50,174 bases of DNA from Acidobacteriota bacterium (GCA_026706755.1 JAPOYG010000346.1:1-50174); one strand, 5' to 3'; shown: positions 6,668 to 17,493, numbered from the stretch's first letter. The notes: a model not told the origin generated them from the letters alone. Made by a program: numbers and translations.

Positions 6668-9600
6668 TTGCGTCCGCCTGGTCGAGTAACGCTCCTTACC
6701 TCGCCGGCGGCGGCCGCCCGCCTCGCCGCCGCGGGCGATGCCCTGCGGCGCGGCCTCGCTGCCGGCGAGGCGGTGGCCGTGGGCGAGACCCGCGACGCCG
6801 TGGACGAGCTCGCGCACGAGGTCGCCCGGGACGCCGGGGCGACCTTCGGGCTCTACCGCTACAGCCTGCGGCAGCTTGCCGGGCGCATCGCCGCGGCGGA
6901 GCTCGCCCGGCGCGGGCTCGCGCCCGCCACCCGCCTGGCCGCGGAAGCCGTGGCCAAGCACGCTGCGTTCATCGAGCAGCAGCACCGGGCTCTCGACTAC
7001 CTGGGCCCCATCGCCGCGTTCCGCTCCTTCGGACGGGTGCTCGCGGCGACGCTCGGCGATCTCCGCCGGGCGGACTGCGATTCCGCGGCCGCCGGCGAGC
7101 TGGACGGCAGCGGCCCGGACGTCGCCCGCCTCGCGCGGCGCTACGACCGCCTGCTCGAAGAGGATCGCCTGGTCGACGGCGCGGCGCTGTACCGGGCGGC
7201 GGCCCGGCTCGTGCGGACAGGCGGCGCCGGCGCCGGGGCAACCCTCACCGGCGCGCTCGTGCTGCTGGACGTGGCGGTGACCGACGACGCCTCCTACGAG
7301 CTCGTGGCGGCGCTCGCCGGCCGCGCCGCCTCCGTGCTGGCCACCGTGCCTGCCGGCGACGAGCGCACGCTGGCGGCGCTCCGGCGCCTGCCGGGCGCCG
7401 TCGAGGAGGCCGCGCCGGGGAGCAGCGCCGCCCCGCGCGTGGACGAGCCGCTGCCGCGCGTGCAGCACTTCCTCTTCGCGCCCGCCGACCCGCCACCCTT
7501 CCGCGCCGCCGCCGACGAGCCGGCGATTCGCGTGTTCTCCGCGCCCGGGGAGAGCCGGGAGGCGGTCGAGATCGCCCGTGTCCTCGCCGCCGAGGCGGCG
7601 CGCGGCGTGCCGTTCGACCAGATGGCGGTGCTCGTGCGGTCGCCGGGCACCTACCTCCGTCTCGTGGAGACGGCGCTCGGACGCGCGGGCATCCCGGCCT
7701 GGTACGCCAAGGGGACGCGCGTTCCCGATCCGGCCGGCCGCGCGTTCCTGGCGCTGCTGGCCTGCGCCGCCGAGCAACTGTCGGCCCGCCGCTTCTCCGA
7801 GTACCTCTCGCTCGGCCAGGTACCGTCGCCTGCCCCGGACGGAGGCCCGCCCGCGGACCGGGGCCGCTGGGTCCCGCCCGACAGCGCTCCCGAACTCGTT
7901 CCGGCGCCCGCGCAGCTTGCGCTCTTCGACGCTCCATCGTCGGCGCCGGCGGACGCCGGCTCCCCGCCCGACGCGCCCCCGGACGGCGACGAGCGTCCGG
8001 TGCTCGAGGGATCGCTGCGCGCGCCCTTCCGCTGGGAGCGCCTGCTGGTCGAGTCGGCGGTGGTCGGCGGCCGGGACCGCTGGGAGCGGCGGCTGAAGGG
8101 TCTGGCCCGGGAGATGGCCCTCCAGGTCGCCGCCCTGCGCGCCGACGAGCCCGAGTCGCCGCGCGCGGCGCGCCTGGAGCTCGACCTCGCGAACCTGGAG
8201 CATCTGCGGCGCTTCGCGCTTCCGGTCGTCGCCCGACTCGCCGCGTTTCCGGCCGCCGCGCTCTGGGCCGAGTGGCTGGACCGGCTGGAGGCGCTGGCGC
8301 CGATGGTGCTCGCCGCGCCCGATCGGGTGCTGGCGGTGCTGGCCGACCTGCGTCCGATGGCCGCGGTAGGACCGGTGGGGCTCGGGGACGTCCGCGACGT
8401 CCTGCAGGAGCAGCTGACGGAGCTGACGGCCGAGCAGCCGGGGCGCCGCTTCGGGCGGGTGTTCGTCGGCGGCCCGGAGCAGGCGCGCGGCCGGCGCTTC
8501 GCCGTGGTCTGCGTGCCGGGGCTCGCCGAGCACGTCTTCCCGCAGCGGCAACGGCAGGATCCCCTGCTCCTGGACGAGCTTCGGGCCCGGCTCGACGCGC
8601 CGGAGCCGGGCACGCCGCGCCTGGGGCTGGCCGATCGGCACGATCGGAACGCGCGCGAGAAGCTGCTGCTGCGCCTGGCGGTGGGGGCCGCCACCGAGCG
8701 CGTCGTGCTCTCCTACCCGCGCCTGGAGGTCGGCTCGGCGCGTCCGCGCGTGCCGTCCTTCTACGCGCTGGACGTCGAGCGCGCCCGCACCGGGCGCGTG
8801 CCGGACTTCGAGCAGATCGAGCGCGACGCGTTCCGTGTCGTCGAGGCGCACCTGGCGTGGCCGGCCCCCAAGGATCCCGCCCGCGCCATCGACCCCTCCG
8901 AGCACGACCTGGCCGTGCTGCGCGAGCTGCTGCACGCGGCCCCGGAGGCGCCGCTCGCAGGCCGGGCGCGCTACCTGTTCCGGCTCCATCCTGCCCTGCG
9001 CCGCACCCTCGCCGCGCGCTGGGTGCGCTGGAAGCGGCCCTGGTCGAAGTTCGACGGGCTGTACGACCCCGGCGACCCCGACGCGAAGACCATGCTCGCG
9101 GCCCACCGGCTGGATGCCCGGGCGTACTCCGTCTCCGCGCTGCAGCGCTTCGCGGCCTGCCCCTACCAGTTCCTGCTGTCCGCCGTCCACCGCCTGCACC
9201 CGCGCGAGGAGGTCGAGCCGCCCCTGGAGCGGATGGATCCGCTGACGCGCGGCAGCATGTTCCACGAGGTGCAGCAGGAGGTGTTCGACGCGCTCCGCGA
9301 GCGGCGGGCGTTGCCCCTGACGGCCGCGGGCGTCCCGGAGGCCGACGTCGTGACCGACGCGGTGCTCGATCGCGTCGCGGCCGACTACGAGGAACGGCTC
9401 GCCCCCGCCATCCCGCGCGTCTGGCAGGACGAGGTGGAATCGATGCGGGCCGACCTGAAGGGCTGGCTGCGCCACGTCGCCAACGAGGGCGGCGAGTGGA
9501 GGCCGATCGACGCGGAGTTCCCCTTCGGCCTCGGCCCCCGCGCGGAGCCGGACGGACCCGCCGCGGTGGGCGGGCGGCCGCGGCCTCCGGGGGCCGATGC

Positions 9601-10108
9601 GGGGTGGGATCCCGACTGCGCGCCGGATCCCGCGGCGATCGACGGGCGCTGGCGGCTGCGCGGGAGGGTGGATCTCGTCGAGGCGCGGACCGGTCCGACC
9701 GACCGCGGCGAGCTGCGCGTGACGGACCACAAGACCGGCGGGAACCGCACCCGCCCGGGCATGGTGGTCGGCGGGGGCGAGACGCTGCAGCCCGTCCTCT
9801 ACGGTCTCGCCGTCGAGGAGGTCTCGGGGCGTCCCGTCGACGAGGCGCGGCTGTTCTTCTGCACCGCGACCGGGCGCTACGAGCAGCGCGTCGTGTCCCT
9901 CGGCGAGGACGAGCGCCGGCACGGCGTCGAGGTGCTGGAGATCATCGACCGGGCGGTCGAGGCGGGCACCCTGCTTCCGGCGCCGCGGGAGGGTGCCTGC
10001 CGGTGGTGCGACTACCAGGCCGTGTGCGGACCGGGCGCGGAGCAGCGCGCGGCACGCAAGGATGGTGCGCCGCTCCGCGATCTGGCTGGCCTCCGGGACC
10101 TCCGATGA
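6668..10108 (+). CDS. addB: AddB-like PD-(D/E)XK nuclease subunit with Fe-S cluster cysteines (no Walker A seen)
   Basis: 1146-aa ORF. The C-terminal nuclease core is [11 protein letters not shown]. The Cys pattern is FAACPYQF ... [10 protein letters not shown] (C-x2-C-x5-C at 9998-10027), as in AddB/Cas4-type nucleases. It sits 10 nt upstream of the AddA-like gene. The start is uncertain: TTG 6668 has no SD, and an in-frame GTG near 6771 is an alternative. Confidence 0.8.
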   Translation: MRPPGRVTLLTSPAAAARLAAAGDALRRGLAAGEAVAVGETRDAVDELAHEVARDAGATFGLYRYSLRQLAGRIAAAELARRGLAPATRLAAEAVAKHAAFIEQQHRALDYLGPIAAFRSFGRVLAATLGDLRRADCDSAAAGELDGSGPDVARLARRYDRLLEEDRLVDGAALYRAAARLVRTGGAGAGATLTGALVLLDVAVTDDASYELVAALAGRAASVLATVPAGDERTLAALRRLPGAVEEAAPGSSAAPRVDEPLPRVQHFLFAPADPPPFRAAADEPAIRVFSAPGESREAVEIARVLAAEAARGVPFDQMAVLVRSPGTYLRLVETALGRAGIPAWYAKGTRVPDPAGRAFLALLACAAEQLSARRFSEYLSLGQVPSPAPDGGPPADRGRWVPPDSAPELVPAPAQLALFDAPSSAPADAGSPPDAPPDGDERPVLEGSLRAPFRWERLLVESAVVGGRDRWERRLKGLAREMALQVAALRADEPESPRAARLELDLANLEHLRRFALPVVARLAAFPAAALWAEWLDRLEALAPMVLAAPDRVLAVLADLRPMAAVGPVGLGDVRDVLQEQLTELTAEQPGRRFGRVFVGGPEQARGRRFAVVCVPGLAEHVFPQRQRQDPLLLDELRARLDAPEPGTPRLGLADRHDRNAREKLLLRLAVGAATERVVLSYPRLEVGSARPRVPSFYALDVERARTGRVPDFEQIERDAFRVVEAHLAWPAPKDPARAIDPSEHDLAVLRELLHAAPEAPLAGRARYLFRLHPALRRTLAARWVRWKRPWSKFDGLYDPGDPDAKTMLAAHRLDARAYSVSALQRFAACPYQFLLSAVHRLHPREEVEPPLERMDPLTRGSMFHEVQQEVFDALRERRALPLTAAGVPEADVVTDAVLDRVAADYEERLAPAIPRVWQDEVESMRADLKGWLRHVANEGGEWRPIDAEFPFGLGPRAEPDGPAAVGGRPRPPGADAGWDPDCAPDPAAIDGRWRLRGRVDLVEARTGPTDRGELRVTDHKTGGNRTRPGMVVGGGETLQPVLYGLAVEEVSGRPVDEARLFFCTATGRYEQRVVSLGEDERRHGVEVLEIIDRAVEAGTLLPAPREGACRWCDYQAVCGPGAEQRAARKDGAPLRDLAGLRDLR

Positions 10109-10118
10109 GGGCGCCGCG

Positions 10119-13100
10119 ATGAGCGTGCCGCCGCTCGCCGACGCGGACGTCCGGCACCGCATCCGGACGGCGCTCGACGAGTCGATCGTCGTGGAGGCGG
10201 CCGCCGGGACGGGGAAGACCAGCGTCCTGGTGGAGCGCATCGTCGAGGTGCTCGCGGCCGGGCGCGCCCCCGTGGACGAGATCCTGGCCGTCACCTTCAC
10301 CGAGAAGGCCGCGGGCGAGCTGAAGCTGCGGCTTCGAGGAGCGCTCGAGGAGGCCCGGCGGCACGCCGCCGCGGCCGGGCCCGACCCCGCCGCCGCCGAG
10401 CGCCACCGGTGCCTCGACGAGGCCATCGCCCACCTGGAGGAGGCGCAGGTCAGCACCATCCACGCATTCTGCGCCGACCTGCTGCGGGAGCGCCCCGTGG
10501 AGGCCCGCGTCGACCCCCGGTTCGAGGTTCTCGACGACCGCGGCGCGCAGCGCCTGTTCCGGCAGGTGTTCGACGGCTGGCTGCAGACGGCCCTGGACGA
10601 CCCGCCGCCGGGCGTGCGGCGCGCGCTCTGGCGCCGGGACCGGCCCGCGTTCGGTGAGCCGGGCGGCGACGGCCCGACGGGGCGCCTGCGGCGCGCGGCC
10701 TGGGAGCTGGCGGAATGGCGGGACTTCGAACGGCCCTGGCGCCGGGAAGCGGACTTCCGGCGCGAGGCGACCATCGACGAAGTGGTCGGGCACCTGGTGC
10801 GCTTCGCCGCCCTGACGGACCGGGCCGCCAACCGCCGCAGCGACGGCCTCTTCCTCGACACCGAGCCTGCGCGCTCGGTCGCGCGGTCGATCCGGGAGTC
10901 CGACGACGTGCGCTCGCAGCGGGACTACGACTTCGTCGAGGCGCAACTGGTCGAGCTGGCCGCGCACCGCCGCTTCGCCCGACCGCGCAAGGGGTTCGGC
11001 GCGGTGTACGGGGAGGATCTTCCCCGCGCGCACGTTCTCGAGCAGCACGAGGGAGTCGTCGCCGTGCTCGAGCGCTTCCGGGCGGTGGCGGACGCCGATC
11101 TCGCCGCGCTGCTCCGGGAGGAGCTCCGGGCGCCGATCGAAGGCTACGGGCAGGCGAAGACGGAGGCGGGGCGCCTCGACTTCGTCGACCTCCTGCTGCG
11201 GGCGCGAGACCTGATCTGCGGCCACGACGACGTCCGTGCCGCGGCGCAGCGGCGATACGCGCGGGTCTTCGTCGACGAGTTCCAGGACACCGATCCGCTC
11301 CAGGCCGAGATTCTGCTCCTGCTGGCGGCGGAGGATCCGTCCGAGCGCGACTGGCGCGCGGTCGTCCCCGCGGCGGGGAAGCTCTTCATCGTCGGCGATC
11401 CGAAGCAGTCGATCTACCGCTTCCGCCGCGCCGACGTCGGGGTCTACCGCCAGGTGACCGTGCAGCTCGCGCGGCACGAAGTGGCGCATGTCGCGCTCAC
11501 CACGAGCTTCCGCGCCGTCCCCGCCATCCAGCGCTTCGTCAACCATGCCTTCGCGCCGCTGATGGGCACGCCGGGGGACGCCGCCCCGGACGGGGACGAC
11601 GGTGGGGTGGTGGGCGGCGCGGCGGTCGGCGGCTCCAGCGGGGAAGACCGCCCGGCGGGCGCGGCGGTCGGGGGCGCGGCGGCCGGCGGCCCCCCCGGGC
11701 TGCCCGGCTACGTGCCGCTGGCGGCGCACCGTGCGGACGACCCGAAGCAGCCGGCGGTCGTGGCGTTGCCGGTCCCTCGCCCCTACGGCCCCTGGGGGCG
11801 TCCCACGGGTCGGGCGATCGAGGCATCGCTCCCGGATGCGGTGGGGGCGTTCGTCGCATGGCTCGTCCGCGAGAGCGGCTGGACCGTCACCGAGCGGCAG
11901 GCGCGGCCGGCGTCGGGCGGCTACGAGACGGTGCCCGTGCCCGTCGAGGCGCGGCACGTCGCGCTGCTGTTCCGCCGCTTCTACGCCTGGGGGAGCGACG
12001 TCACGCGCAGCTACGTCGACGCCCTCGAGGCCCGCGGGCTGCGCCATCTCCTGGTCGGCGGCCGCTCGTTCCACGAGCGCGACGAGGTGGCGGCGATGCG
12101 CGCGGTGCTGACCGCCATCGAGTGGCCGGACGACGAGCTGGCCGTCTTCGCGGCCCTCCGCGGGACGCTGTTCGCAGTGGACGACGAGACGCTCCTGGCG
12201 TACCGCCACCGCTTCGGCCGCTTCCATCCGTTCCGGGTCCCCCGCGCGCTGACGGCGGGCGAGATCGAGGGTGCGGATCGCCTGCTGCCGGTCGCCGACG
12301 CCCTGGAGCTGCTGCGGCGGCTGCACCGCACCCGCAACGAGGTCCCGATCGCGCACACGATCGGACAGTTGCTCGAGGCGACGCGGGCCCATGCCGGCTT
12401 CGTGATGCGCCGGGCGGGCGAGCAGGTGCTCGCCAACGTGCTGCAGCTCGGGGAGATGGCCCGCCGCTACGAGCAGGGCGGCGGCCTCTCCTTCCGTGGA
12501 TTCGTCGAGGAGCTGCGCGACGAGGCGGCCGAAGGTCAGGCCGGGGAGGCGCCCATCCTGGAGCAGGGGAGCGACGGCGTGCGGATCATGACCGTGCACG
12601 GGGCCAAGGGGCTCGAGTTCCCGGTGGTGATCCTCGCGGACCCGACGTCCCGGCTGCACCGGGCCACGGCCGGCCGCTTCATCGACTCCGCGCGGGGCAT
12701 CTGCGCGCTGCGGCTGGGCGGCTGGGCTCCGCTCGATCTGCTCGACCACGAGGCGGAGGAGATCGCGCGGGACCGCGAGGAGGGGATTCGGCTGGCCTAC
12801 GTGGCCGCCACCCGAGCCCGCGACCTCCTGGTGGTGCCGGCCGAGGGAGACGCGGCGCCCGCCGAGGACTGGACCGTCCGCGGGGACGCGGGAGCGACGC
12901 GGGCGCACCCGTTGCGCGGCGGTTGGGCGAGCCCGCTCTATGCGTCGCTCTATCCCCCGCTCGATCGCCGGCGCCATCCGGAGGCGGCGGCCGGATGCCC
13001 CGCGTTCGGGCGCGATTCCGTGCTTGCGCGGCCGCCCGAGGAACCCGGCGGCGAGGACAACGTCGCCCCGGGCCGGCATGTCGTCGGGAGGGGGCCGGGC

Positions 13101-13985
13101 ACCGCCCGCGGGCAGGTGTCGGGACGCATCCTGCCGTTCGCGGGCGGCCGGGCCGCCGCCGGGCCGGGAGCCGATGCGGGGCACTCGGTGGTCTGGTGGG
13201 ATCCCGGACTGCTGCAGCTCGACTCGGACGCGGCGGTCGGCATCCGCCGCGAGGATCTGCTGTCGCGGGACGCGCCCGGCGAGCAGGTGGAGCAGGATCT
13301 CCAGCGCTATCGTGCGTGGTTGCGGCGCCACGGGGAGACCGTGGAGAAGGGGGCCCGGCCGAGCCTTGCCGTGACGACGGCGACCGAGCTCGCGCGCGAA
13401 GCGCCTGCCGAGCCGGTCGACGAGGAGTCGCTTGCCGCGCCCTCCCCGCCGCTCGCCGTGACCCTCGTGGAGCTGCCGCGCGATTCCGGGCGGCCGGAGG
13501 GCCCGCGCTTCGGCTCCCTGGTGCACCAGGTCCTGGCCGACGTGCCGCTGGACGAGGCGGCCGCGGCGGATCCCCGAGCCGCGGGGGCGACGGGTGGGGC
13601 ATCCGCATCGGTATCCGCCGTCGCCCGCCTGAACGGCCGCATCCTGGGCGCGACCGAAGAGGAGATCGCGGCCGCGGCCCGCGTGGCGGCGCGCGTCCTG
13701 GAGCACCCCCTGCTGGCGCGCGCGCGGGCGGCGTCACGCCGCGGGGAATGCCGCCGGGAGGCTCCGGTGAGCATGCGCGCGGACGACGGTCGCGTGATCG
13801 AGGGGACGGTCGACGTCGCGTTCCGCGAGGACGGGGTCTGGACGGTTGTCGATTACAAGACCGACCGCGAGATCGGCGAGGCGGGGGGTGCGGCCGAGGT
13901 GTACCGGCGGCAGGTCACCCTCTATGCGCGCATCATTGCCCGGGCGACCGGCGAGCCGGCCCAAGCCGTGCTGCTGCGCGTGTGA
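10119..13985 (+). CDS. addA: AddA-like UvrD/Rep-family helicase with C-terminal PD-(D/E)XK nuclease
   Basis: ORF 9993-13985 trimmed to ATG 10119 ([11 protein letters not shown]). It has Walker [54 protein letters not shown] and [13 protein letters not shown]. The C-terminal nuclease block is [21 protein letters not shown] ... YRRQVTLYA. Confidence 0.85.
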   Translation: MSVPPLADADVRHRIRTALDESIVVEAAAGTGKTSVLVERIVEVLAAGRAPVDEILAVTFTEKAAGELKLRLRGALEEARRHAAAAGPDPAAAERHRCLDEAIAHLEEAQVSTIHAFCADLLRERPVEARVDPRFEVLDDRGAQRLFRQVFDGWLQTALDDPPPGVRRALWRRDRPAFGEPGGDGPTGRLRRAAWELAEWRDFERPWRREADFRREATIDEVVGHLVRFAALTDRAANRRSDGLFLDTEPARSVARSIRESDDVRSQRDYDFVEAQLVELAAHRRFARPRKGFGAVYGEDLPRAHVLEQHEGVVAVLERFRAVADADLAALLREELRAPIEGYGQAKTEAGRLDFVDLLLRARDLICGHDDVRAAAQRRYARVFVDEFQDTDPLQAEILLLLAAEDPSERDWRAVVPAAGKLFIVGDPKQSIYRFRRADVGVYRQVTVQLARHEVAHVALTTSFRAVPAIQRFVNHAFAPLMGTPGDAAPDGDDGGVVGGAAVGGSSGEDRPAGAAVGGAAAGGPPGLPGYVPLAAHRADDPKQPAVVALPVPRPYGPWGRPTGRAIEASLPDAVGAFVAWLVRESGWTVTERQARPASGGYETVPVPVEARHVALLFRRFYAWGSDVTRSYVDALEARGLRHLLVGGRSFHERDEVAAMRAVLTAIEWPDDELAVFAALRGTLFAVDDETLLAYRHRFGRFHPFRVPRALTAGEIEGADRLLPVADALELLRRLHRTRNEVPIAHTIGQLLEATRAHAGFVMRRAGEQVLANVLQLGEMARRYEQGGGLSFRGFVEELRDEAAEGQAGEAPILEQGSDGVRIMTVHGAKGLEFPVVILADPTSRLHRATAGRFIDSARGICALRLGGWAPLDLLDHEAEEIARDREEGIRLAYVAATRARDLLVVPAEGDAAPAEDWTVRGDAGATRAHPLRGGWASPLYASLYPPLDRRRHPEAAAGCPAFGRDSVLARPPEEPGGEDNVAPGRHVVGRGPGTARGQVSGRILPFAGGRAAAGPGADAGHSVVWWDPGLLQLDSDAAVGIRREDLLSRDAPGEQVEQDLQRYRAWLRRHGETVEKGARPSLAVTTATELAREAPAEPVDEESLAAPSPPLAVTLVELPRDSGRPEGPRFGSLVHQVLADVPLDEAAAADPRAAGATGGASASVSAVARLNGRILGATEEEIAAAARVAARVLEHPLLARARAASRRGECRREAPVSMRADDGRVIEGTVDVAFREDGVWTVVDYKTDREIGEAGGAAEVYRRQVTLYARIIARATGEPAQAVLLRV

Positions 13986-14011
13986 CGCACCGCGAGTTGG
14001 CGCGTCACACG
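13981..14011. terminator. hairpin between convergent addA-like and Gly/Tyr-rich protein genes (candidate bidirectional terminator)
   Basis: GTGTGACGC-13 nt-GCGTCACAC, a perfect 9-bp stem. The left arm contains the addA stop codon TGA (13983-13985). No U-tract. Confidence 0.35.
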
Positions 14012-14033
14012 CGCCGGGACAGAAACCGCGGAC

Positions 14034-15353
14034 TCAGCGTCGGGGCACGGCGCTCCGGCCGCCGCCCGACGACGACGAGCCGCCGGCCCGCTGACCGCCG
14101 CCCGACGACGACGAGCCGCCGGATCGCCCGCTGTAGCCGCCTCGCGTGGCCCCTCCGCCACCCCTCGATCCGACGTTCGGGGTACTGCCCCCGCCCCGCG
14201 GGCGCGCCGTCGACGTCCCGCCGCTGCCGCCCCCCACGGGCACCGCGGCGCCGACGTTGTCGACCGCGGTCCGCTGGCGGACGCGCGTGTAGCCGAGACC
14301 CTTGACGGCGCCGCCGCGCGGCGCGGTGTCGCCGCCGCCGAGCTGGATGAAGGGGTTGCCGCCGCCGCCGTACGGATAGCCGTAGTACGGCGACCAGGGC
14401 CCGCCGTAGAGGCCTCCGTAGCGCATGTAGCCGTAGTAGCCGAACGGCGTCATGTAGTACGGATACGCGGAGCCGTAGGAGAACGGATCGTAGGCGAAGC
14501 CGCCGCCGGTGCTGCTCCAGCCGCCCCCGGATCGACCGCTGCGCCGACGCTCGACGACGAAGCGCTCCGGGTATGCCAGGGCGACCAGCAGGTCGATGAC
14601 GCCGGGGTCGATGCCCGCGTCGTCGAGTTCGACGAGGATGCTGCGATCGATCTGCAGGCGCGGCTCCGTCTCGGTGAGAAGCGCCTCGACGACACGCGCA
14701 TCCGCCTTCGCGGCGGCCTCGCGCACCGCGTCCAGGCCGGGCGGGTAGGCGCTCTCGCGCCGGGCCTGGCGGATGTCGTCGAGCCGGGCCGCCGACTCGG
14801 CCACCCCGGAGGCCGCGCCCGGGGCCGGGTTGTAGCGCCGGATCTCCAGGTGCTGCTCCCCCTCGACCTCGACCACCTGAATGTCGACCCACGTCGACGT
14901 GTCGGAGAGGAGGCTCAATCCGGACCGGGCCACCGGGCCGGCCTCGTCGCCGCAGCGGATCTCCGCACTGGTGAAGATCCGCTGGCCGTCGGCCGACCAC
15001 TCGCGCCGTTCCCAGCCGCGGCACTCGCCGTCGCTCACCTCGCGGCGGACCCCGTCGGCCACGAGGGTCCGCTCCACGAACACCTCGTCGCCGGCCCGGG
15101 CGGTCATCCGCGCGCCTTCCGGGTCGGGTGTCAGGCAGACCACCATCGGGGCGGGAAGCTCGCTGCCGTCGGGGGCCTGCTCGAACTGCTCCTCCCAGAG
15201 CCGCCAGCAACCCATCCACGGCAGCCAGCGCGCATCGGGCTCGACGGCGGCCCCGCTGCCCGCCGGCGCCTGCGCAAGCGCGGGGAGCGCCACGCCCAGG
15301 ATCGCCACCGCCAGGACGGCCGCGATTCCGATCGGACGTCGAATGGTCTGCAT
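14034..15353 (-). CDS. exported hypothetical protein with Gly/Tyr/Ser-rich and RGG-like low-complexity C-terminus
   Basis: ORF 14034-15404 trimmed to the ATG at 15353 (MQTIRRPIGIAAVLAVAILGVALPALAQAP, a signal peptide), which is preceded by GAGGGTAGG. It has a globular Cys-containing N-terminal part. The last ~170 aa are GGGFAYDPFSYGSAYPYYMTPFGYYGYMRYGGLYGGPWSPYYGYPYGGGG ... RGGGGATRGGYSGRSGGSSSSGGG. Confidence 0.7.
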   Translation of the reverse strand: MQTIRRPIGIAAVLAVAILGVALPALAQAPAGSGAAVEPDARWLPWMGCWRLWEEQFEQAPDGSELPAPMVVCLTPDPEGARMTARAGDEVFVERTLVADGVRREVSDGECRGWERREWSADGQRIFTSAEIRCGDEAGPVARSGLSLLSDTSTWVDIQVVEVEGEQHLEIRRYNPAPGAASGVAESAARLDDIRQARRESAYPPGLDAVREAAAKADARVVEALLTETEPRLQIDRSILVELDDAGIDPGVIDLLVALAYPERFVVERRRSGRSGGGWSSTGGGFAYDPFSYGSAYPYYMTPFGYYGYMRYGGLYGGPWSPYYGYPYGGGGNPFIQLGGGDTAPRGGAVKGLGYTRVRQRTAVDNVGAAVPVGGGSGGTSTARPRGGGSTPNVGSRGGGGATRGGYSGRSGGSSSSGGGQRAGGSSSSGGGRSAVPRR

Positions 15354-15481
15354 CGTTCCTACCCTCGCGTTCTGTAACGCACGCTGTCCCGACGCCTGCC
15401 TCACTATGACTCAGAACGGGACCCCGGCGCCAGCGGCGGCGCCCCGCCCGTCGTCGGGCGCGGCGCCGGGCCGGCGCGGTT

Positions 15482-16393
15482 GTGGCAGAATGGCCCCGAG
15501 CCGTGCCCGCCAGGAACAGGACCCGTCGCCACGCCGCGCCACGCGCCCGTTCGGCCCGCCCGGCCGCTGTCCCCCGTGCTCGGCGCGCCCGGCGGCTGTT
15601 GCCGATCGGCGCCATCGCGGCTCTCGCCGCGGCGGCCGCGGCCGGCTGGGCCTTCCGAGCGGCGGAGAGCGGCGCCCCGACGGCTGCGCAGTCCGCGCCC
15701 GTGCTGCGGTCGCTCACCGTGAAGGTGCACCGCGCCTTTCCGCACGACACCAGCGCCTACACGCAGGGCCTGCTGTGGTGGGACGGCAAGCTCTACGAGA
15801 GCACGGGCCAGTACGGGACGTCCGACCTGCGCCGGCTCGACCCGGCGACGGGCGCGGTCGAGCAGCACGTGGACATCGAGGCGGCCTACTTCGGGGAAGG
15901 TCTCGCGCGCGTCGACGACGAGCTCATCATGCTGACGTGGAAAGCGCAGCGGGCGTTCGTCTTCGGGCTCGAGCGCTTCGACCGCCGGCGGACGTTCCGC
16001 TACCGGGGCGACGGCTGGGGCCTGTGCAACGACGGCCGCCGGCTGGTCATGAGCAACGGCTCGAATCGTCTCACGTTCCGCGACCTGCGGACCTTCGAGC
16101 CTATCGGAGACGTCGCGGTCACGCTCCGCGGGCTGCCCCTCATGCAGCTCAACGAGCTCGAGTGCGTGGGCGATGCCGTCTACGCCAACGTCTACCAGAC
16201 CGACTACCTCGTCCGCATCGATCCGTCGAGCGGGCGCGTGACGCACCAGATCGACGCGTCCGGACTCATCACGCCGGCGGAGGCCCGCCGGGCGGACGTG
16301 CTGAACGGCATCGCCTTCGATCCGGGAACGGAACGCTTCTACATCACCGGCAAGCTCTGGCCGACGATGTTCGAAGTGACCTTCGAGGAGTAG
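15482..16393 (+). CDS. glutaminyl-peptide cyclotransferase (beta-propeller type)
   Basis: YTQGLLWWDGKLYESTGQYGTSDLRRLDPATG, FGEGL, WKAQRAFVF, NELECVGDAVYANVYQTDYLVRIDPSSGRV and LNGIAFDP...FYITGKLWP are characteristic of plant/bacterial-type glutamine cyclotransferase. The start given is GTG 15482, and the N-terminal extent is uncertain. Confidence 0.85.
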   Translation: MAEWPRAVPARNRTRRHAAPRARSARPAAVPRARRARRLLPIGAIAALAAAAAAGWAFRAAESGAPTAAQSAPVLRSLTVKVHRAFPHDTSAYTQGLLWWDGKLYESTGQYGTSDLRRLDPATGAVEQHVDIEAAYFGEGLARVDDELIMLTWKAQRAFVFGLERFDRRRTFRYRGDGWGLCNDGRRLVMSNGSNRLTFRDLRTFEPIGDVAVTLRGLPLMQLNELECVGDAVYANVYQTDYLVRIDPSSGRVTHQIDASGLITPAEARRADVLNGIAFDPGTERFYITGKLWPTMFEVTFEE

Positions 16394-16409
16394 CACCGGC
16401 CCTTTCCTT

Positions 16410-16453
16410 CCTGGCCGCGCAGCCCCGCGTGCCTGGCCGCGCAGCCCTGCGTG
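16410..16453. repeat. 2 x 22-bp tandem direct repeat in a convergent intergenic region
   Basis: CCTGGCCGCGCAGCCCCGCGTG (16410-16431) is followed immediately by CCTGGCCGCGCAGCCCTGCGTG (16432-16453), with one mismatch. Confidence 0.6.
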
Positions 16454-16484
16454 CGCCCACGGCGCGTCGGGCGGCGGCCGGTCG

Positions 16485-17372
16485 TCAGAAGACGAAGCGG
16501 ACGCCGGCCTGGATGCGCAGGCCGGTCAGATCGATCGGCTCGAAACCGCAGAAGCCGAGCGGCTCCTGGGGTCCGAAGACGCCTGCCAGGGGCCGCCGGC
16601 AGACCAGGTCGTCGTCCGCCCAGACGTAGCGGCCCTCGATCGTCGCGTAGACCCGGGAGGTCAGGCGGATGTCGGTCCCGACCAGCACGTGGCGGGACAG
16701 GGTCCAGCCGCTCGATGCGAAGATGTCCGCGAAGAGCTCGTACGTGAGCGGATCGACGAACTCGCCGGCCTGCTGCAGGGAATGGTGGAGGAAGCCGCCG
16801 CCCACCCCCACGTAGGGCACCACCGGGGCCGGAAGCCACGCGTACTGGCCGATGGCGCGCCCCCGCGGCGTGATTGCGAACCGCAGGCTCCCGTTCAGGT
16901 CGACCTGGCGCAGGGTGGTCTCCTGCTCGATGGGCAGCCCGTCCGAGCCGACGAACGCGCGCAGCTCCGAGCGGGCGAACGCACGGGTGAGGTCGACGCC
17001 TATTCCGACGTCGAGCCGCGACGTGAGGGCCACGCCCACGTCGAGGCCGAAGCCGGGAGCATCGAAGCTCATCCGCCCGAGACCGAGGTCCCGGGCATCC
17101 TCCTCGGCGGCCCGGCGCACGAACAGTTCCTCGTGGATGAAGTCGTAGATGTCGCTGTCGGCCCGGGCGCGATTCCAGATGCCCCGGATCGAGATCGACG
17201 CGCGCGGGCGCTCGAACAGGAAGTCGGGTTGGCCCCGTACCGTCCCGCGCGCGGTCTGCTGCTCCTCGGCCGCCGCGACGGCCGGCAGGCCGCCGATGGC
17301 GAGGAGCGCGATCAGGCAACGGGCGATGCGCGGCCCGGTTGGGCGCCGGCGCTGGTTGTGACGTGAGTCCAT
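16485..17372 (-). CDS. outer-membrane beta-barrel protein
   Basis: C-terminal part of ORF 16485-18461, starting at the ATG at 17372 (MDSRHNQRRRPTGPRIARCLIALLAIGGLPAVAAA, a signal peptide), which is preceded by AGGGGA. It shows alternating amphipathic strands and a terminal LRIQAGVRFVF ending in Phe. Confidence 0.7.
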   Translation of the reverse strand: MDSRHNQRRRPTGPRIARCLIALLAIGGLPAVAAAEEQQTARGTVRGQPDFLFERPRASISIRGIWNRARADSDIYDFIHEELFVRRAAEEDARDLGLGRMSFDAPGFGLDVGVALTSRLDVGIGVDLTRAFARSELRAFVGSDGLPIEQETTLRQVDLNGSLRFAITPRGRAIGQYAWLPAPVVPYVGVGGGFLHHSLQQAGEFVDPLTYELFADIFASSGWTLSRHVLVGTDIRLTSRVYATIEGRYVWADDDLVCRRPLAGVFGPQEPLGFCGFEPIDLTGLRIQAGVRFVF

Positions 17373-17493
17373 GTCCCCTGTAAGAGCAAGATCCGGGCCA
17401 GCCGTTCTCCCCCCGCACGCGGCCTGCCCGGCGACGTTCCGGCGCCCGGCGGCCTGTAGCGGCGGGCGGACAGGTGTCCGGGCTGGAGTACGC

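Noticed and set aside
5993-10861. 1622-aa minus-strand ORF antisense to the AddB-like gene
   Set aside because: It has the same Arg/Gly/Pro-rich artefact composition. The plus-strand frame carries PD-(D/E)XK and Fe-S cysteine motifs and protein-like composition.
9942-13706. 1254-aa minus-strand ORF and the parallel 10715-14305 plus-strand out-of-frame ORF over the addA-like gene
   Set aside because: The helicase motifs (Walker [24 protein letters not shown]) are all in the 10119-13985 frame. The alternatives are low-complexity Arg/Gly/Pro strings.
6668-13985. AddAB-like pair as a dedicated anti-phage defence module
   Set aside because: The architecture (Fe-S nuclease subunit followed by a UvrD helicase-nuclease) matches housekeeping AddAB. 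No restriction, abortive-infection or other defence genes flank it. The WYL neighbour is compatible with DNA-damage regulation. It is kept only as a locus of interest, not as a defence call.
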